From positions 177,435,076 to 177,499,075 of the forward strand of contig NC_064433.1 of assembly GCF_023343835.1 (NCBI RefSeq): 64,000 nucleotides of DNA. Direction: 5' to 3'. Positions within the stretch are counted from its first letter, which is position 1. The number at the start of each line of letters is the position of its first letter. Below the pieces are notes generated by a model. The model did not search any database. It worked only from the letters and a program-made list of their open reading frames with translations, and was not told the origin of the DNA. This DNA is from Lagopus muta. Lineage: Eukaryota. A program made the translations under genes and the position numbers. Below are positions 10,802 to 23,097 of the stretch, one piece after another.

Positions 10802-13800
10802 CTGTGTGTAGAAATGGAGATTTGTTAGAATAAATTCTATCATTTGAAAGAGAAAGTACAGCAAACACAGCCTACATAAAATACCATTTGTCAGAGAAAA
10901 CGACATCATGGGAAATATGCCTATACATAATCATAATTTGCATTCATTTACACCATTCCAGTCCCCACATGAAGTTCTACGTATTTCATAATGGCAAACT
11001 TGACTCCTTTGTACAACTGCATGTTAGAATTCTTCCACTTTTGTGGTCTGCCCCACTTGCTTTCATCCCGCAGTCAATGTGATTTTATTTGTGTTCAGCC
11101 CAAATTTTACAATCATTTTTCCCTCTGTCAGGGAGTTTCAGGAGAGGGAGGAAGACTCTGCAGGGCTTTCCTGGGTTCTTATTCCTCTTGTTAAATTCCC
11201 TGGTAAAGCATTAAGGGTATTAGCTTCTCTTTTTGGCACCACAATCAGCTGGTGTCTGGGGCAATGCAGACTCACTGAAGGCCTATTCCTTCAGGCCTTT
11301 TCTTTTCAGACCTTTGCCTTTCCTCTGTAACAAAAAACTTCCCACCTGACAATTATTTGCTTCACTGAGAATGAAAGGAAATTTCCAGATGCAGCAACCC
11401 TATGTTCAAAAGCTAATGGAGAACTGGGACACACAGAAGTAAGTGGGAGTTGTTAGAATGAACCAACATCAGTATTCCCCAGGGGAAGTGGAAAGTGTGG
11501 AAGCTGTGCTGTGATCAATCATCTGCCCTAACAACTTCAGAAGTATTGTATTTTGTGGTGTACACCTGGGAAAATCAACAATGCATAAAGAAAATGTTAA
11601 AAAGGGATGAAGGCCAAGAGCCAAAAGTGACACAAAGGGAAAGTTTGAAATGATTGATGTCTGGAAAAAGTTGAAATGGTGGAATCTCCATCCTTAAAAA
11701 TCAGCTGGGCAGGATTTTGAGCGATTTATCTGAGTTAGCTCTGCTTTAAGGAACAGATGACCTGAAGAGGTCATGAATTGTTCAGTGATAAGAGGTACAA
11801 ACCTTTTCCTACTTTAAATACTTCTCAATTTTTGTATTATAGTTTGCAAAATATTCTTTCTTCCAACTCACCCTCCTAAAAGAAGCTGTGTGCCACCAGT
11901 ATCAACATTTCCCATTCCCTTTTCTGCAGCTACATTCTATAGCATGGTCATTTACTCTCTATAATGAGATTAATTGTTGTTAAGAAGGGTTATATTGCAA
12001 TATTAAATTACAAGATTTTGTAAAAGCACACCTTGAAGCTGTTAAATTATCCAGTTTCATCAGTGATTTGAAGACTATCCCTTGCAGTTCCTTTGCACAG
12101 CGTATGAACTGTAGCACAAGAAGAGTAGCAATCAATTTCAGTAGCTTTTCTTTTCCATTTGTGCCTAAGAAAGAAGAAATGGGAAATCATTTGAATGATT
12201 TCTTGCCAGCAGAAAAGAGACTTCCTGCAAAGTGTGTCCCCACATAGCTTTAAAAGTTTTTAAGTTCTGATGCTACCCAGTTGTTTCATGATACAGTCAG
12301 AACTATCAAGAATATTCACATTAGTGATCCAGAAAATGTAGTGCTGACTTTCAGACTCTAAGCCTGGTAATGCTTTTTTTAGGATGTCTGCAGTTTGTGT
12401 TTGCTTGGCTTCTAATCGACTTTGATTTGAATACATGCAGGAATGGTAAATGTGAGATTTTTGTGCTCTGACGAAGCACTGTGTGCTGATAAAATACTCA
12501 TATACTATTTAATTTCTCTAATAATTTACAGAGAATGAGTTGCCTTTTCGTCCCCAAGTTTTCTGGTCCACTGCCAGCAAAGAGCACCAACTGACAGGAC
12601 CAAGCAGCAGACACTGCGTATAGGCAGAATGCCTACTGAATGAGCTGCAAACAGCATGTAGGGAAAAAAATTATATATCATTCATCTTATTTGAAATGTG
12701 AAAAACAGAAGCGGTCTCAGTCTGTCTCCTAGGAGACTTTCTGACTTTCCTTCCAACTTTTTTTTTTTTAAAGTAGGTATTAATACAGCAGAAATAACAA
12801 CTGAAAGAAAAGAATCTGTATTGATATTCCAGCTATTTCACATCCTCCATGTACTTCTCTAGGAGATGTACTTAGCAAGCACATTATATTGCAAGAGAAG
12901 TTGAGATGAATATGTGTAATTAAAATCAGATGCTTCTGAAAACACAGCTAGGAGATCCATGTAAATGCTGAGCATATCTTATGGAAAGTTCCACCAGGCA
13001 CACAAAGTAATCATACAGAAGGATAGGAAATGTAATACAATGCACTGCTGTTTTAATAACTGAAAAAGTATTTACCGAGTGACTGAATGCCTTTTCTAAT
13101 AAGGAAATGATTAATTAAATAATCAACATCAAATTTCAAGATTTTTCCCAACTGTGGACTGAGATTCCAAGAGCCATCCTGTGGAATAAACAAAGATATG
13201 GATAAGCAAAGACTGAGAAGACTGAAAATATATTTGTAAGGAACAACCTAAAGCAAAGGACAAGTATTTAAAAATGTTTTTGAAAGCTTTCACAAACACA
13301 AACCACCTCTCAGTCAGCTCACTGTGATCAATTAGGTGACTCAAATATTGAACTTCAAAAAGCTTTGATGTAACACCCCATGTTTCTACTTGACCTGAAA
13401 AACTGTAGTTAAGCTATGAAAAAAATCAAACAGAGCTAATTTTGAACTCGCATACAAACCATGCACAATGACAACACGGCCACATCAGATTATTTCAAAC
13501 AAATTCCTTCAGAAAATTATTTTCAGTGTGCTCAAAAATAAGCATCTGTCTTACCCTAAAGAAGCAATAATGGATCTCTCTCCTCTAGAGGGATTGCAAA
13601 GTCTCTGTAAAGTTAGATTGCTGTTTATGTTAAGTACAGTATTAACAAAACCAATCCTTTTTCATCTGCCTTTTCCTGCCAAAAATTAAAGAACTGATTA
13701 AAACTAGCTGTCAGTTTGCTACTCTCAGATGAGATGGAAGACAGGCTTTCGAGAGGATATTCAACCACTTATTCTTCAATGTCACTTTCAAAACTTTTGT

Positions 13801-15471
13801 CTGCCCTTGCAGTATGATGTCACAGATTACTATGACTGTAGAGAAATTGGTAACAATTTATAGATTCATTTAAGATAATTTAGAAAACGATACATGATTT
13901 TAAATGAATCTTTAAATATTAAACATCCAATTTATGTAAAAAGCGAGATTCTGTTAGAATACTAAACTCATTCAGTGCAAAAACCTGTGAGGAACTGTTT
14001 TTCTTTCTAAAATTCAGCACTTGCAATTTTGCTTAAAAACAAAAGAAGTCTTGAAGCTCACTTTGTGAGTTAAGTCAATCACAGGTCTGTTCCCCCTTGT
14101 ATCCCCACGTGTGCCATTTGGTAATCGTTCAACGTGCAGAAATAATTTGATAAAAGTAACCCATCAAAAACATAGGAAAATGTGTACCTCTTCTTGCTGC
14201 TTCAGTTAGTTATACTTCCCTGCTTTTGCATACAAATTGACATACTGGTGTCAGAGCAAAAGGGAGTAGAACAAATCACCAATCTGAATGGCCGGTCCGT
14301 GTGGACACATGACAGGAGTTTCCACTGAGGGAACACCACAGTGGTTTCTTCACTTGGATCATATAATGCACCTGGAGACCTGTTGATCATCACCCTCTGG
14401 TTTAGTCAGCTCACCCAACTGGTGATGGTTAAGGTGGAACAGGGACTTGTCCCACTGCAGGGGGAATATTCAACGAGGCAAAACGTTACCTGCTTTGACT
14501 CCTACTTGCAGGATTCTTGGACAGCACTGGTTCAATTCTGCTTGCTTTAAATCCACCAGCCATTCAGCTGGTTTAACTATCCTGCAGAAGTTCCCACTGC
14601 ACTCACTCCAATTCTCCAAACCTCAATTCGTTTTAAGTTTTTGCTTAATGAGCATTATTTGCATCTACTACTTCTGCCTGTCTTCCCCTACGTGTTTTCA
14701 TGCACATTTTAGGAAGTCCCCAATCTGCAAACTGATGGGGGCTCTAAATCAGAGGTATATAGCTACTTTTGGCTCTAATTTTACAGTTTCTTAGGCACCC
14801 ATTAATGAGTTGCCTGTGACAGCAATATAACATAACGTGACCTTGAGGTCATTATGTACTTCTTAAGACCAATTTGTAAGGGAAAAAAAGCAGATACATT
14901 TACAAAATGCTTATCTCAGGACAGGTATAAAGTAAAAATACTTTTTTCTTCTACAAGTATTTTACTTTAAGTAATGCACAAAAAGACTGTTGGTAATGTA
15001 CCTGATTTTGGAGATCAAAAATTTCTTCCCAGATTACAGGAGTAAACTCAAGTTTCTGTTGGCTTCTTTCTTTCTCTGTTGTTATAAAACACCTTGGTTG
15101 TACCTGAAGAAGATAATTTTCACTCAGAATCAGAATCTTACTCTACCACCATTACCCATGCACCTACTACATCGTGGTAAAAAGTAATTGCATTAAAAAG
15201 TTTTAAAAGAAACTTCTTTATAAAACAAACTTCTTTTTTTTTAAGTTGAAATTTGAAGATTTTAAGTTCATTCTTTTCCACTTAGGAAAGTATTTGCAAT
15301 TCCACAGTTAATGAGGCATTTTTTCTCCATTTAAAAGTTACCTATTAGAGCAGTGAGGAACAAGTGACAGAATTCAGACTATAACATATTTCCCTTTAAA
15401 AAGCAGTAACAGAAAAAAACAAAAATAACGCGGTTCAGGTCTCTTGAAAGAAGTTTCATTACCACCCTTAC

Positions 15472-16212
15472 CATGTTCTTGTTCTGCTGCACAGCCATGA
15501 ACCTTGAAACAAAGGTATTTTTATGGCAGTTTTCATTAGGTGAACGCAGCTTGGGTTTCAACATGACGCTCATAGCATCCTGTGTATAGAAGACTCCTGA
15601 CAGAAGACTTACCAGAAGTTCAGCACTCTCAGGAAATTTCTGTTCCGCAGCTGTAGCATCGTGCAGACCTATTACTATTTTCTTCCTATACTTTGGCTTT
15701 AATTTTTTTTTTTCACAGTGTTGGGGAGCAGGAGAATTGGGAGTAACTTGTCTCTCAGTCTTATGAGAAGAGTGTGTGCTTGTACGTGAACTTAACACAG
15801 TTAGATTCGGAATGTGATCAACAGAAGAATTATCATATTTCATTCCTCCAAAAAGACTTTGAGGAGAACAATACATGGGAAGTTCACAAAATCTCAGATG
15901 GGCACCTGAATCTGGAACTGCAGGTGTTGGAAGTAAATTTTTTTGAGTTATATAAGCTTCTCCTCCTGCTTCTCGTCCAGAGCCAAAAAATAAAGCAGTC
16001 ACAGAAGATTTACATGGTAAAGATGACATTGTTCTTGAACATTTCATCATTGTGATGTCACCATCATGAAATCCATAGTCCTGTGGTGTGACTTCTTGTG
16101 AGGTGCTTTCTTGATTAACAGAAAGTTCTTCAAGTTGAAATTGAAAGCCTTCAGTTTCACACCTCTCAGTTGTGAAATAATCTGACCAAGCTTCAGAATC
16201 TTGCAGAGCTGC
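15472..16212 (-). CDS. PARP4: PARP4 large C-terminal-region exon (247 codons, low complexity, diverged).
   Basis: Open minus-strand frame AALQDSEAWSDYFTTERCETEGFQFQLEELSVNQESTSQ...EKKKLKPKYRKKIVIGLHDATAAEQKFPESAELLVSLLSGVFYTQDAMSVMLKPKLRSPNENCHKNTFVSRFMAVQQNKNM. Acceptor ctaaccag|GCAGCT, donor ATG|GTAAGG. Its phase is compatible with flanking exons. I could not check homology residue by residue from memory. Confidence 0.5.
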
Positions 16213-17214
16213 CTGGTTAGTAAAATTACAGGGAAATAACATAATAACAGAATTAGTAAGATATTTTTCTCTTCTTAATCAATGCAGTATTTCTTATGTC
16301 GTGCATATCATTATATCCTCATTCTTACATCCAAGATGAAAGTAGTATATCAAACTAAAATTCCTACCTTATTCTACCTTGCTAAGGTGAAGTTTGCCTG
16401 ACAAAATACGAAGTGTTGTGCGTTATTAAGATAAAAACAGTGACTATAATGATAGTTTGGATCCAAGGAAGTTCTACCATTCCATATTATTTTACATACA
16501 CAGAAGATGGATTTATACAAACTGAAATGTGAATCCTGCTTGTGCTGTCTCAAGCTGGGAAGCTCGCATGATGCACTGCTATTGCTTCTAGTCCTGGCAC
16601 TAGGCATCACTCAAAAGAGCCTGGCTCCCTCTTCTTTGCACCTTTGCTTCATGTTTTTATACCCATTGATAAGTTGCCTTCTTTTGAGCTTAGTTACAGT
16701 ACAAACAACAGACACAATTCTAAATAATCCACAATCTCAATACTTACATTACAGACTACAGGTTAAGGCGATGTTTCTCAGTTGTTTTAAATGCACATCA
16801 TGGTCATGTACAAGATAATTTAATAGACAAATAATGATTTAAATGATTCCCCTATAAAATGTGGAGAAAGCTTTTACCTGTTAAGACTTTAAGAACTAAT
16901 AGAATGGCACCTGCTGGCTAGTTTTCAAAGGCAAGAGCTACCATAACTAACAAACAGCCTATTTCACTAGTTCAGGATTTTCTCATCTCATCAAAACCTT
17001 GATCTTCCCAGATGGACCCACCCTCCCCACACACCTCTATCCAATGACCTGCTAGCAGGAGGAAAAAAAGAAAGAAGCATCCAGTGTGGAACTAATTTCT
17101 TTCTAGATAATTCAAAAATTGAAGAAATGTCATAAACAATAACTGTATCTTATCACATACAATACAGCACCACAACTGGATAATAGACCAGAAATGTTAG
17201 TGACAAGAACATAC

Positions 17215-17367
17215 ATCACATGGAGGCATCCTGTAAGGTTCTGAAAATATGACGCCGGATCCCACTGGCTTTTGTTCCCAGTTCATGTAAGGTAAAAAAT
17301 CAACATCTTCTTGAGCTATAATTTCCAGGATGTTTGGAACATTAGCAGAACAAATTTCTCTAGTATC
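17215..17367 (-). CDS. PARP4: PARP4 exon.
   Basis: DTREICSANVPNILEIIAQEDVDFLPYMNWEQKPVGSGVIFSEPYRMPPCD. Acceptor tattttag|GAT. The donor GAT|GTATGT is my best choice, and the 3' boundary is uncertain. It matches human DENESPFPDIPKVSELIAKEDVDFLPYMSWQGEPQEAV. Confidence 0.5.
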
Positions 17368-18188
17368 CTAAAATAAAATTCATCACAGTTATAAACTTGA
17401 GAATTCTCTTCAGTCTTTGTTTCATTCTTAGTTTGATGGCTGTTAGACCAAAAAAAATCTGCCATAACAGAGAGTGAGTTTTTTATTTGTGCATTCAAAA
17501 CATACTGAAAACAGAACAAGCAGATACAGTAGAACATTAAAAATACTCAGTGTATACCAATAAGCAGTAAATCTAACTTCTGACTTTTGACTATACTGAG
17601 AAACAATGTATTCCCAGTAAAGGAATTTCTAATACTATAGGAATACTGATACTAATAATAATTCTTAATACAATCAAGTTGTGGTTTCCTTCTGTGATTA
17701 CCACCCAACACAGACTCTCCTCAAATGACTTTTGCCATACAAAACCTATTTCTTCAGTAATTCATAACCAAGGCGGCCAGTTTGCTACAGTTTGGTACTG
17801 TGACTTCCTTATGAAACTGTTCTGTGGTTATGCATGAAGAAGGATTAATAAGTGCACTTCATATGGTCTTGCTCTTTGAACAATTTGGCTTCCACAGTTC
17901 TAGCACAAACTGCAAACCCTTGTGGCAATTCCCAACAGGAACACGCTGACTGACAAGGTTTTGTTGTAAACTGAAGACAAGCAATATATGAGAAAGATGA
18001 CAAAAATAGCTCACTGTATTGCAGAAGAAATAAAAATATTTTCAAAAATCATAGCTTTGTCTCTATTTCTAAACTAATAAACATTGTTCAGCTAAATGAA
18101 GATTGGTTTTGATATGTGTAAGGTTAAATAATTTAGAGTCTTCTGGCAGATAAGATAGAGGGAGCAAGACATTTAATAGAAAACGTAC

Positions 18189-18284
18189 CCTCTTCTCAAC
18201 CGCAATGAAGCTTGTAAACTGGGTTATAATCGAGTTCTCCAAACTGAGACGTATAATCATGTTCTTCAAGATTTGCTTCTTCAT
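18189..18284 (-). CDS. PARP4: PARP4 exon.
   Basis: MKKQILKNMIIRLSLENSIITQFTSFIAVEKR (32 codons). Acceptor tctag|ATG, donor AGG|GTACGT. It matches human EMKKQTLKSLIIKLSKENSLITQFTSFVAVEKR. Confidence 0.65.
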
Positions 18285-18439
18285 CTAGATTGTTCACGAT
18301 TAAATGCAGGAGGTAGAAAAAACATAATCAGATAAAATCAACAGATGTAAGAACTGAATATAGAAACACACCAATGTACTCAAAATTGGGATATGTAAAA
18401 GGAAGAGCTTGCGAATATACTGGCCTGCCTGTCTATGCC

Positions 18440-18880
18440 TTCTAACTTTCTCTACTCTTACCTCTGGACAGGGGCATGCATTTTCTTTAGTGAGACAACC
18501 ATTCTAGGCAGCCTATTCGAGTGCTCTGTCACCCTCAAAGTAAAGATGTTTTTTCTCGTGTCCAGATGGAATTTCCTGTGTTCCAGTTTTTGCCCACTGC
18601 CTTTTATCGTGTTGCTGGGCACCACTGAAAAGAGCCTGGCCCCATCCACTTGGCTCCTACCCATTAAATGTTTATAGGTGCTGATAAGATCCCCTCTCAG
18701 TTTTATCTTCTCCAGGCTGAACAGTCCCAGTCTCTCAGCCTTTCCTCCTAAGGGAGATACTTCAGGGCCCTCATCATCTCTGTGGCCCTCCACTGAACTC
18801 TCTCCAGTAGTTCTCTGTCTTTCTTGAACTGGGGAGCCCAGAACTGGACAGAGAGGAGTGTCATTGTATTCCACCCCATC
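18440..18880 (-). mobile_element. CR1 LINE 3' fragment (PARP4 intron).
   Basis: Minus-strand ORF2 remnant [24 protein letters not shown]...KLEHRKFHLDTRKNIFTLRVTEHSNRLPR. Confidence 0.7.
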
Positions 18881-19244
18881 CTATACAAAAGATAAGGACT
18901 TTTCCTGTACTAGTATGAACTACAGGAAACAAAAATGTTATATGCCACAGGGAAAGAAGAACCACCAACAGCCTGCCATGACAAGTATAGGTTAGGAAAA
19001 ATGTACACACATTATGCTCAGAGAAGATATTCTTATAATGGGGAAGAACACAAGATGGTCTCAAAATTCTTCAAAATCTCATTTAGTGGGAAAATGTATT
19101 ACTACATGGTAATCTTAACCATAAAGTGACACTGGAACTGCAACAAAAAAAGTCACATGGCAAAAAAACCTCTATTCGATTGAAACGTTTGCTATTTGAC
19201 ATTTAAATACACATTTTAAATTTTCTGCTTTTAGATTATCAAAC

Positions 19245-19325
19245 CTCATGCTCTGTTTCATTCTCATGAAGAATACCATCTTCATAGTCCCTAATGAAAG
19301 CTCTTGCTGTGAGTTTGTGTAGCAC
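19245..19325 (-). CDS. PARP4: PARP4 exon.
   Basis: VLHKLTARAFIRDYEDGILHENETEHE (27 codons). Acceptor cttttctag|GTG, donor GAG|GTTTGA. It matches human MIHKLAARALIRDYEDGILHENETSHE. Confidence 0.65.
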
Positions 19326-21121
19326 CTAGAAAAGAAAACAAAGGTGATAATACTACTAATAAATATATATATATTTAAAATTCTTCCTTTTATTTACAAA
19401 ATCCCCCATCAGGCAAATAGCTTCCATATGTACACAGAATCCAGTTTTCTAGGGGCAAGGTAATTCTGCATTTAACAAGCAACCATAACTTGCACCTAAG
19501 GTGTATTTTAATTTTACTTCATGTTATCAAGCTAAAAGATAATCAGGTCTTCACTTGTTGCACACATTCTCGCCAGTCAAGGATGAGAAAAAGCAAATAA
19601 ATGAATGCAGAAAATTCAGGTAATTAATCTAATTTTGAAACATCCAGCTAAAACAAGTAGGGAGAATTCCCTTTCTGGAAGAAAAAAAATGTCTCTCCAG
19701 TAACTGCAAATGGAACCTGGGCAATCACCTCAGACTTAAGCAGGAATATCTAGATAGCTGGGGGTAAATGAGTCCTGTGCATAAAACTACAGAATTCCGG
19801 GGAAAAGTACATTGAGTTTAACTTTCAAAGAATCATTAGGTCTACCACAATCAAGTCAGTTTTGACCTGAGGGTTTGTATGCAGAAAAGGGAAGTACTGA
19901 ACTCTATTAATCAGATATTGCTTTTTAAAATGGAACCACTCTTTCATAGGAAAGAAAAATGGTGTTTTTTTTTTTTTGGCTTGGTATATTAAAGGTCACA
20001 AAGAGAAAGAGCACCATGGAGGTGACATGGCAAAGTACTTTGTATTCCAGGTTTAATTGCTCAACATTCCTAGTGGCTCATTTCAGAAGAAAACAGTAGA
20101 TGCTGAAGGGAGCCACTTCTTAAGATAACCTCATAAGCAAGTAGTTACTTCTGATCTTAGGTGAACTGGCAAAAGAAACAGGTAGGAATGCTCAGGGTTC
20201 ATCTAAAACATCAAGAATTATTAGAAATAATGGTTTCTGATTTGGTCCTGTTTTCCAACATTTTGTCCTATCACCTTTCAAAGCTGCATTTTTTAAACTA
20301 CATCTGGAATTTGTACTACAGAATTTTTTTAAAAAACAAAAATCCTTTGTGTTAAGCAAACACATTGCTTCTACTTGCCAGTCCCACTTGTCTGTATTAG
20401 AACATATCCTGGGAAACTGTTCTAATACTGCAACCCACAGTATTAGTTTTCAAAGTGGACTACACTAAATAGGGAGCAAAATCTTTTCAATCTGAAAACA
20501 AACCAGCTCTTCAGTGGGGAAAGGATGACAGCCTTATCAGAATCAATACTGAAGGCTGACTATTCAGTTGGTTTTTAAAGCATAGACACCCATTAGATTA
20601 ATAAATGGTTCTTTTTAGCTTGTTTGCCTTCTCAAGATTGGTGCTGTGCTTTTCTCTATATAAATTCTCTCCAGTTATTTATTTCACTGTTACTGAAGCA
20701 ACTGAAAGGTTAGTAACACTTTAATGTTTTGACATTTTAAAAGATTAAAAACTAGTAAGCAGATTGTCCACATGGAAACAATTTGCAACTCGAGAGAGAA
20801 TGAGGCAGCATGCAGAATTCACCTGAAGAGCTGCCAATGCAAGGGTAAAACTGGAGCCCAAATAAATTATCAGAATAAGAAGCAGCATCTCCTGTTTTGA
20901 AAAGTTGAAGTTTTGAGTTAGAAACCTGACATTTGTATGTAAAACAGTTTCCCTTTAAAAGCCTGAAGACTGCTGGTCTGTGCTAAAACATCAGAAGCAA
21001 AAATAAAAAAGTTACTGAAAACAGAAGTTTCAGTTCCCTCAAAGAAGCACAGTGCAGCACGTTGTTGCTTAAAGCAGCTTCGCTCACTGTTGTATGCACA
21101 GACAGTGTTGCACAAACTCAC

Positions 21122-21202
21122 CGTTCCTGTTGTCTTCTGTAATTCAGTAGTTGACACCACAGTTTGTAGTTCTTGGTCATTTATTATCGCCCTTAAGGTG
21201 GC
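21122..21202 (-). CDS. PARP4: PARP4 exon.
   Basis: ATLRAIINDQELQTVVSTTELQKTTGT (27 codons). Acceptor ttttttcattatag|GCC, donor ACG|GTGAGT. It matches human QATLCALIQEKEFRTMVSTTELQKTTGT. Confidence 0.65.
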
Positions 21203-21586
21203 CTATAATGAAAAAAACCAAACAAGTTTCCTTCTCTTGTTATGTTGTGCTACCAGAACGCATGAATGCTATCCTGATTCCTGAATGTAACTCAAGTCTG
21301 TCTCTCTGCATGGCTATACTTAAAAACATTTCCCCTTACAACAAGGGGACAGTTGCAAAGAAAGGAATCCTGTATTTATCAAAGTCCAGTGACTTGAGCA
21401 TTAAATAAGGTATCCTTTTCCTCTCTGCACTTCACTAGGAAGACTAGTAATTTAAATATTGAATTATATTTAGCAGTAAAGAAGCTAAAAGCGTGCTGGA
21501 TAAAGCATGACATAATATAACACAGTACATCTTGCAATCTCTTCAGCTGTGGATTTCCATCCAGCAGTATGTATCCCAGTCTTTAC

Positions 21587-21757
21587 CTGAGTACAGTGAG
21601 GGACAAATCCATAGACGAGAAGCCTCTCATTGGTAAACAAAGACTGTATTTGAGCAGGAGCCTGCATTGGCTTCGGTGCATTTATATCAAACTGTTGCCA
21701 TTTAATAGAAACAGAACTGCATCCTGGAGAAAATATTCTAGATACTTGGCTCTGTAT
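21587..21757 (-). CDS. PARP4: PARP4 exon.
   Basis: IQSQVSRIFSPGCSSVSIKWQQFDINAPKPMQAPAQIQSLFTNERLLVYGFVPHCTQ (57 codons). Donor CAG|GTAAAG. It matches human ...CSPSCHSVSVKWQQLNPDVPEALQAPAQVPSLFLNDRLLVYGFIPHCTQ. Confidence 0.7.
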
Positions 21758-22997
21758 CTGTGTAAAGATTGAAAACAAATTAGCTCTGTTTCAAATTTTG
21801 ATTTTGTATCAAATCTCTTGATACAAAAATAACATATTTCCTTTTTCCTTTTCTTTTTCTTTCAATTTTTATTTTTGGTACAACTAAGGGCATGTACTTG
21901 TAAAATTGTCACCACATATTGGTAAAAGAGTCTAATGCTTTGAGGTAGTGAGGATAATCACTCAGCCATTATTGCACTGGCTTTTAAGTGAGATATGAGA
22001 CTGAAGTTTCTTCAGGTTGGCAAAAAATTTAGAGAATGTGGTCTGCTACACCCAGCACCTCCTGTGTGGGAACTCTGAAATGTGTGAACAGTTCTGCACA
22101 TCTCTGTGTTCTGCACATCTCCATGGTCTGCTTTGGATAATTTTGCATGTATCATTCAAATGGCAGCCAGACGAGCAAAAGGATAAACCTTTCCCCTGCC
22201 AAAAACATGCCAGATACTAGCCATGCTGCAGTCCCTTCTATACTGTCACTGTTTCAGGAGGGACCAGATTCAAGGCACGGGACAGAGCTGTAGGCACAGA
22301 ACTATACTGGGAAACTGAGAAGCACTGCACATGGAGTCCTAGATTGCCTGTATCTTCCAGATGTACCAACAGTCAAAAGTTTTGGCATGCAGTTGCTACA
22401 ACCCTCCACATTACAGCAAGGACGATGCTGTAGATGGACTGTGAGCTATGACAGAAGTGAAACTATATTTTTCCATGCAGGGAGAATTACTTACAAAGTT
22501 TGAAATTTCATCATCTTTTTTCCAAGTTGGGGTTATTGCACTTACTCACGAAAAGCACAGACCTCTTTCAAAGGCGCTAGAAAAATGAACTCATGGCTTT
22601 CTTGTTTTCATTTAACATTCAGTGACCAGTAGGAATAGGAAAGTGGGGCAAGTACAAATTCCTTCCCTTATCAAAGAACTTATCAATATTCCGCTGTAGC
22701 ACATGTTCCTGCTGAAAACAAGGCATGCTCCTGAAACCTTTGGAACACTCAAACCAAATACGTCCCTTTCTAAATGTCTATGCATTTCTATTTAAAATAA
22801 GAGAAGGCTTGATAGACAAGCATTTCTCCCTCCATATTCTATCAACGGCCTCTCTTTTCTTATTGTAATAAGCCCCATTAACCATGAAATGAAGAATTAG
22901 TAACTCCCATTTTGAGATACTGAAAATGTTCAGTATCAGATATTGAGATATCAGACAATGATCACATATGGAATACATTCAGCATTTGTAAGTGTAC

Positions 22998-23097
22998 CTT
23001 TGCCTCCCAGTTATACTTTGATTTCGAGTCAAAGTATTCAAACACTCCAGCACCATACTGGGACAAAGATCTCAGCATGTGTCGATTTGCTGTGGAA
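22998..23097 (-). CDS. PARP4: PARP4 exon (end of the vWA region).
   Basis: (G)STANRHMLRSLSQYGAGVFEYFDSKSKYNWEAK. Acceptor ctctttag|T, donor AAG|GTACAC. It matches human GSTANRHVLRILSQCGAGVFEYFNAKSKHSWRKQ. Confidence 0.65.

Noticed and set aside
15379-16242. Whether the 287-aa minus ORF is an independent intronic gene.
   Set aside because: It has a proper acceptor and GTAAGG donor in phase with the neighbouring PARP4 exons, and its Ser/Pro/Lys-rich composition fits the PARP4 C-terminal linker. I treat it as a PARP4 exon. The N-terminal Met of the ORF is an artefact of ORF calling.
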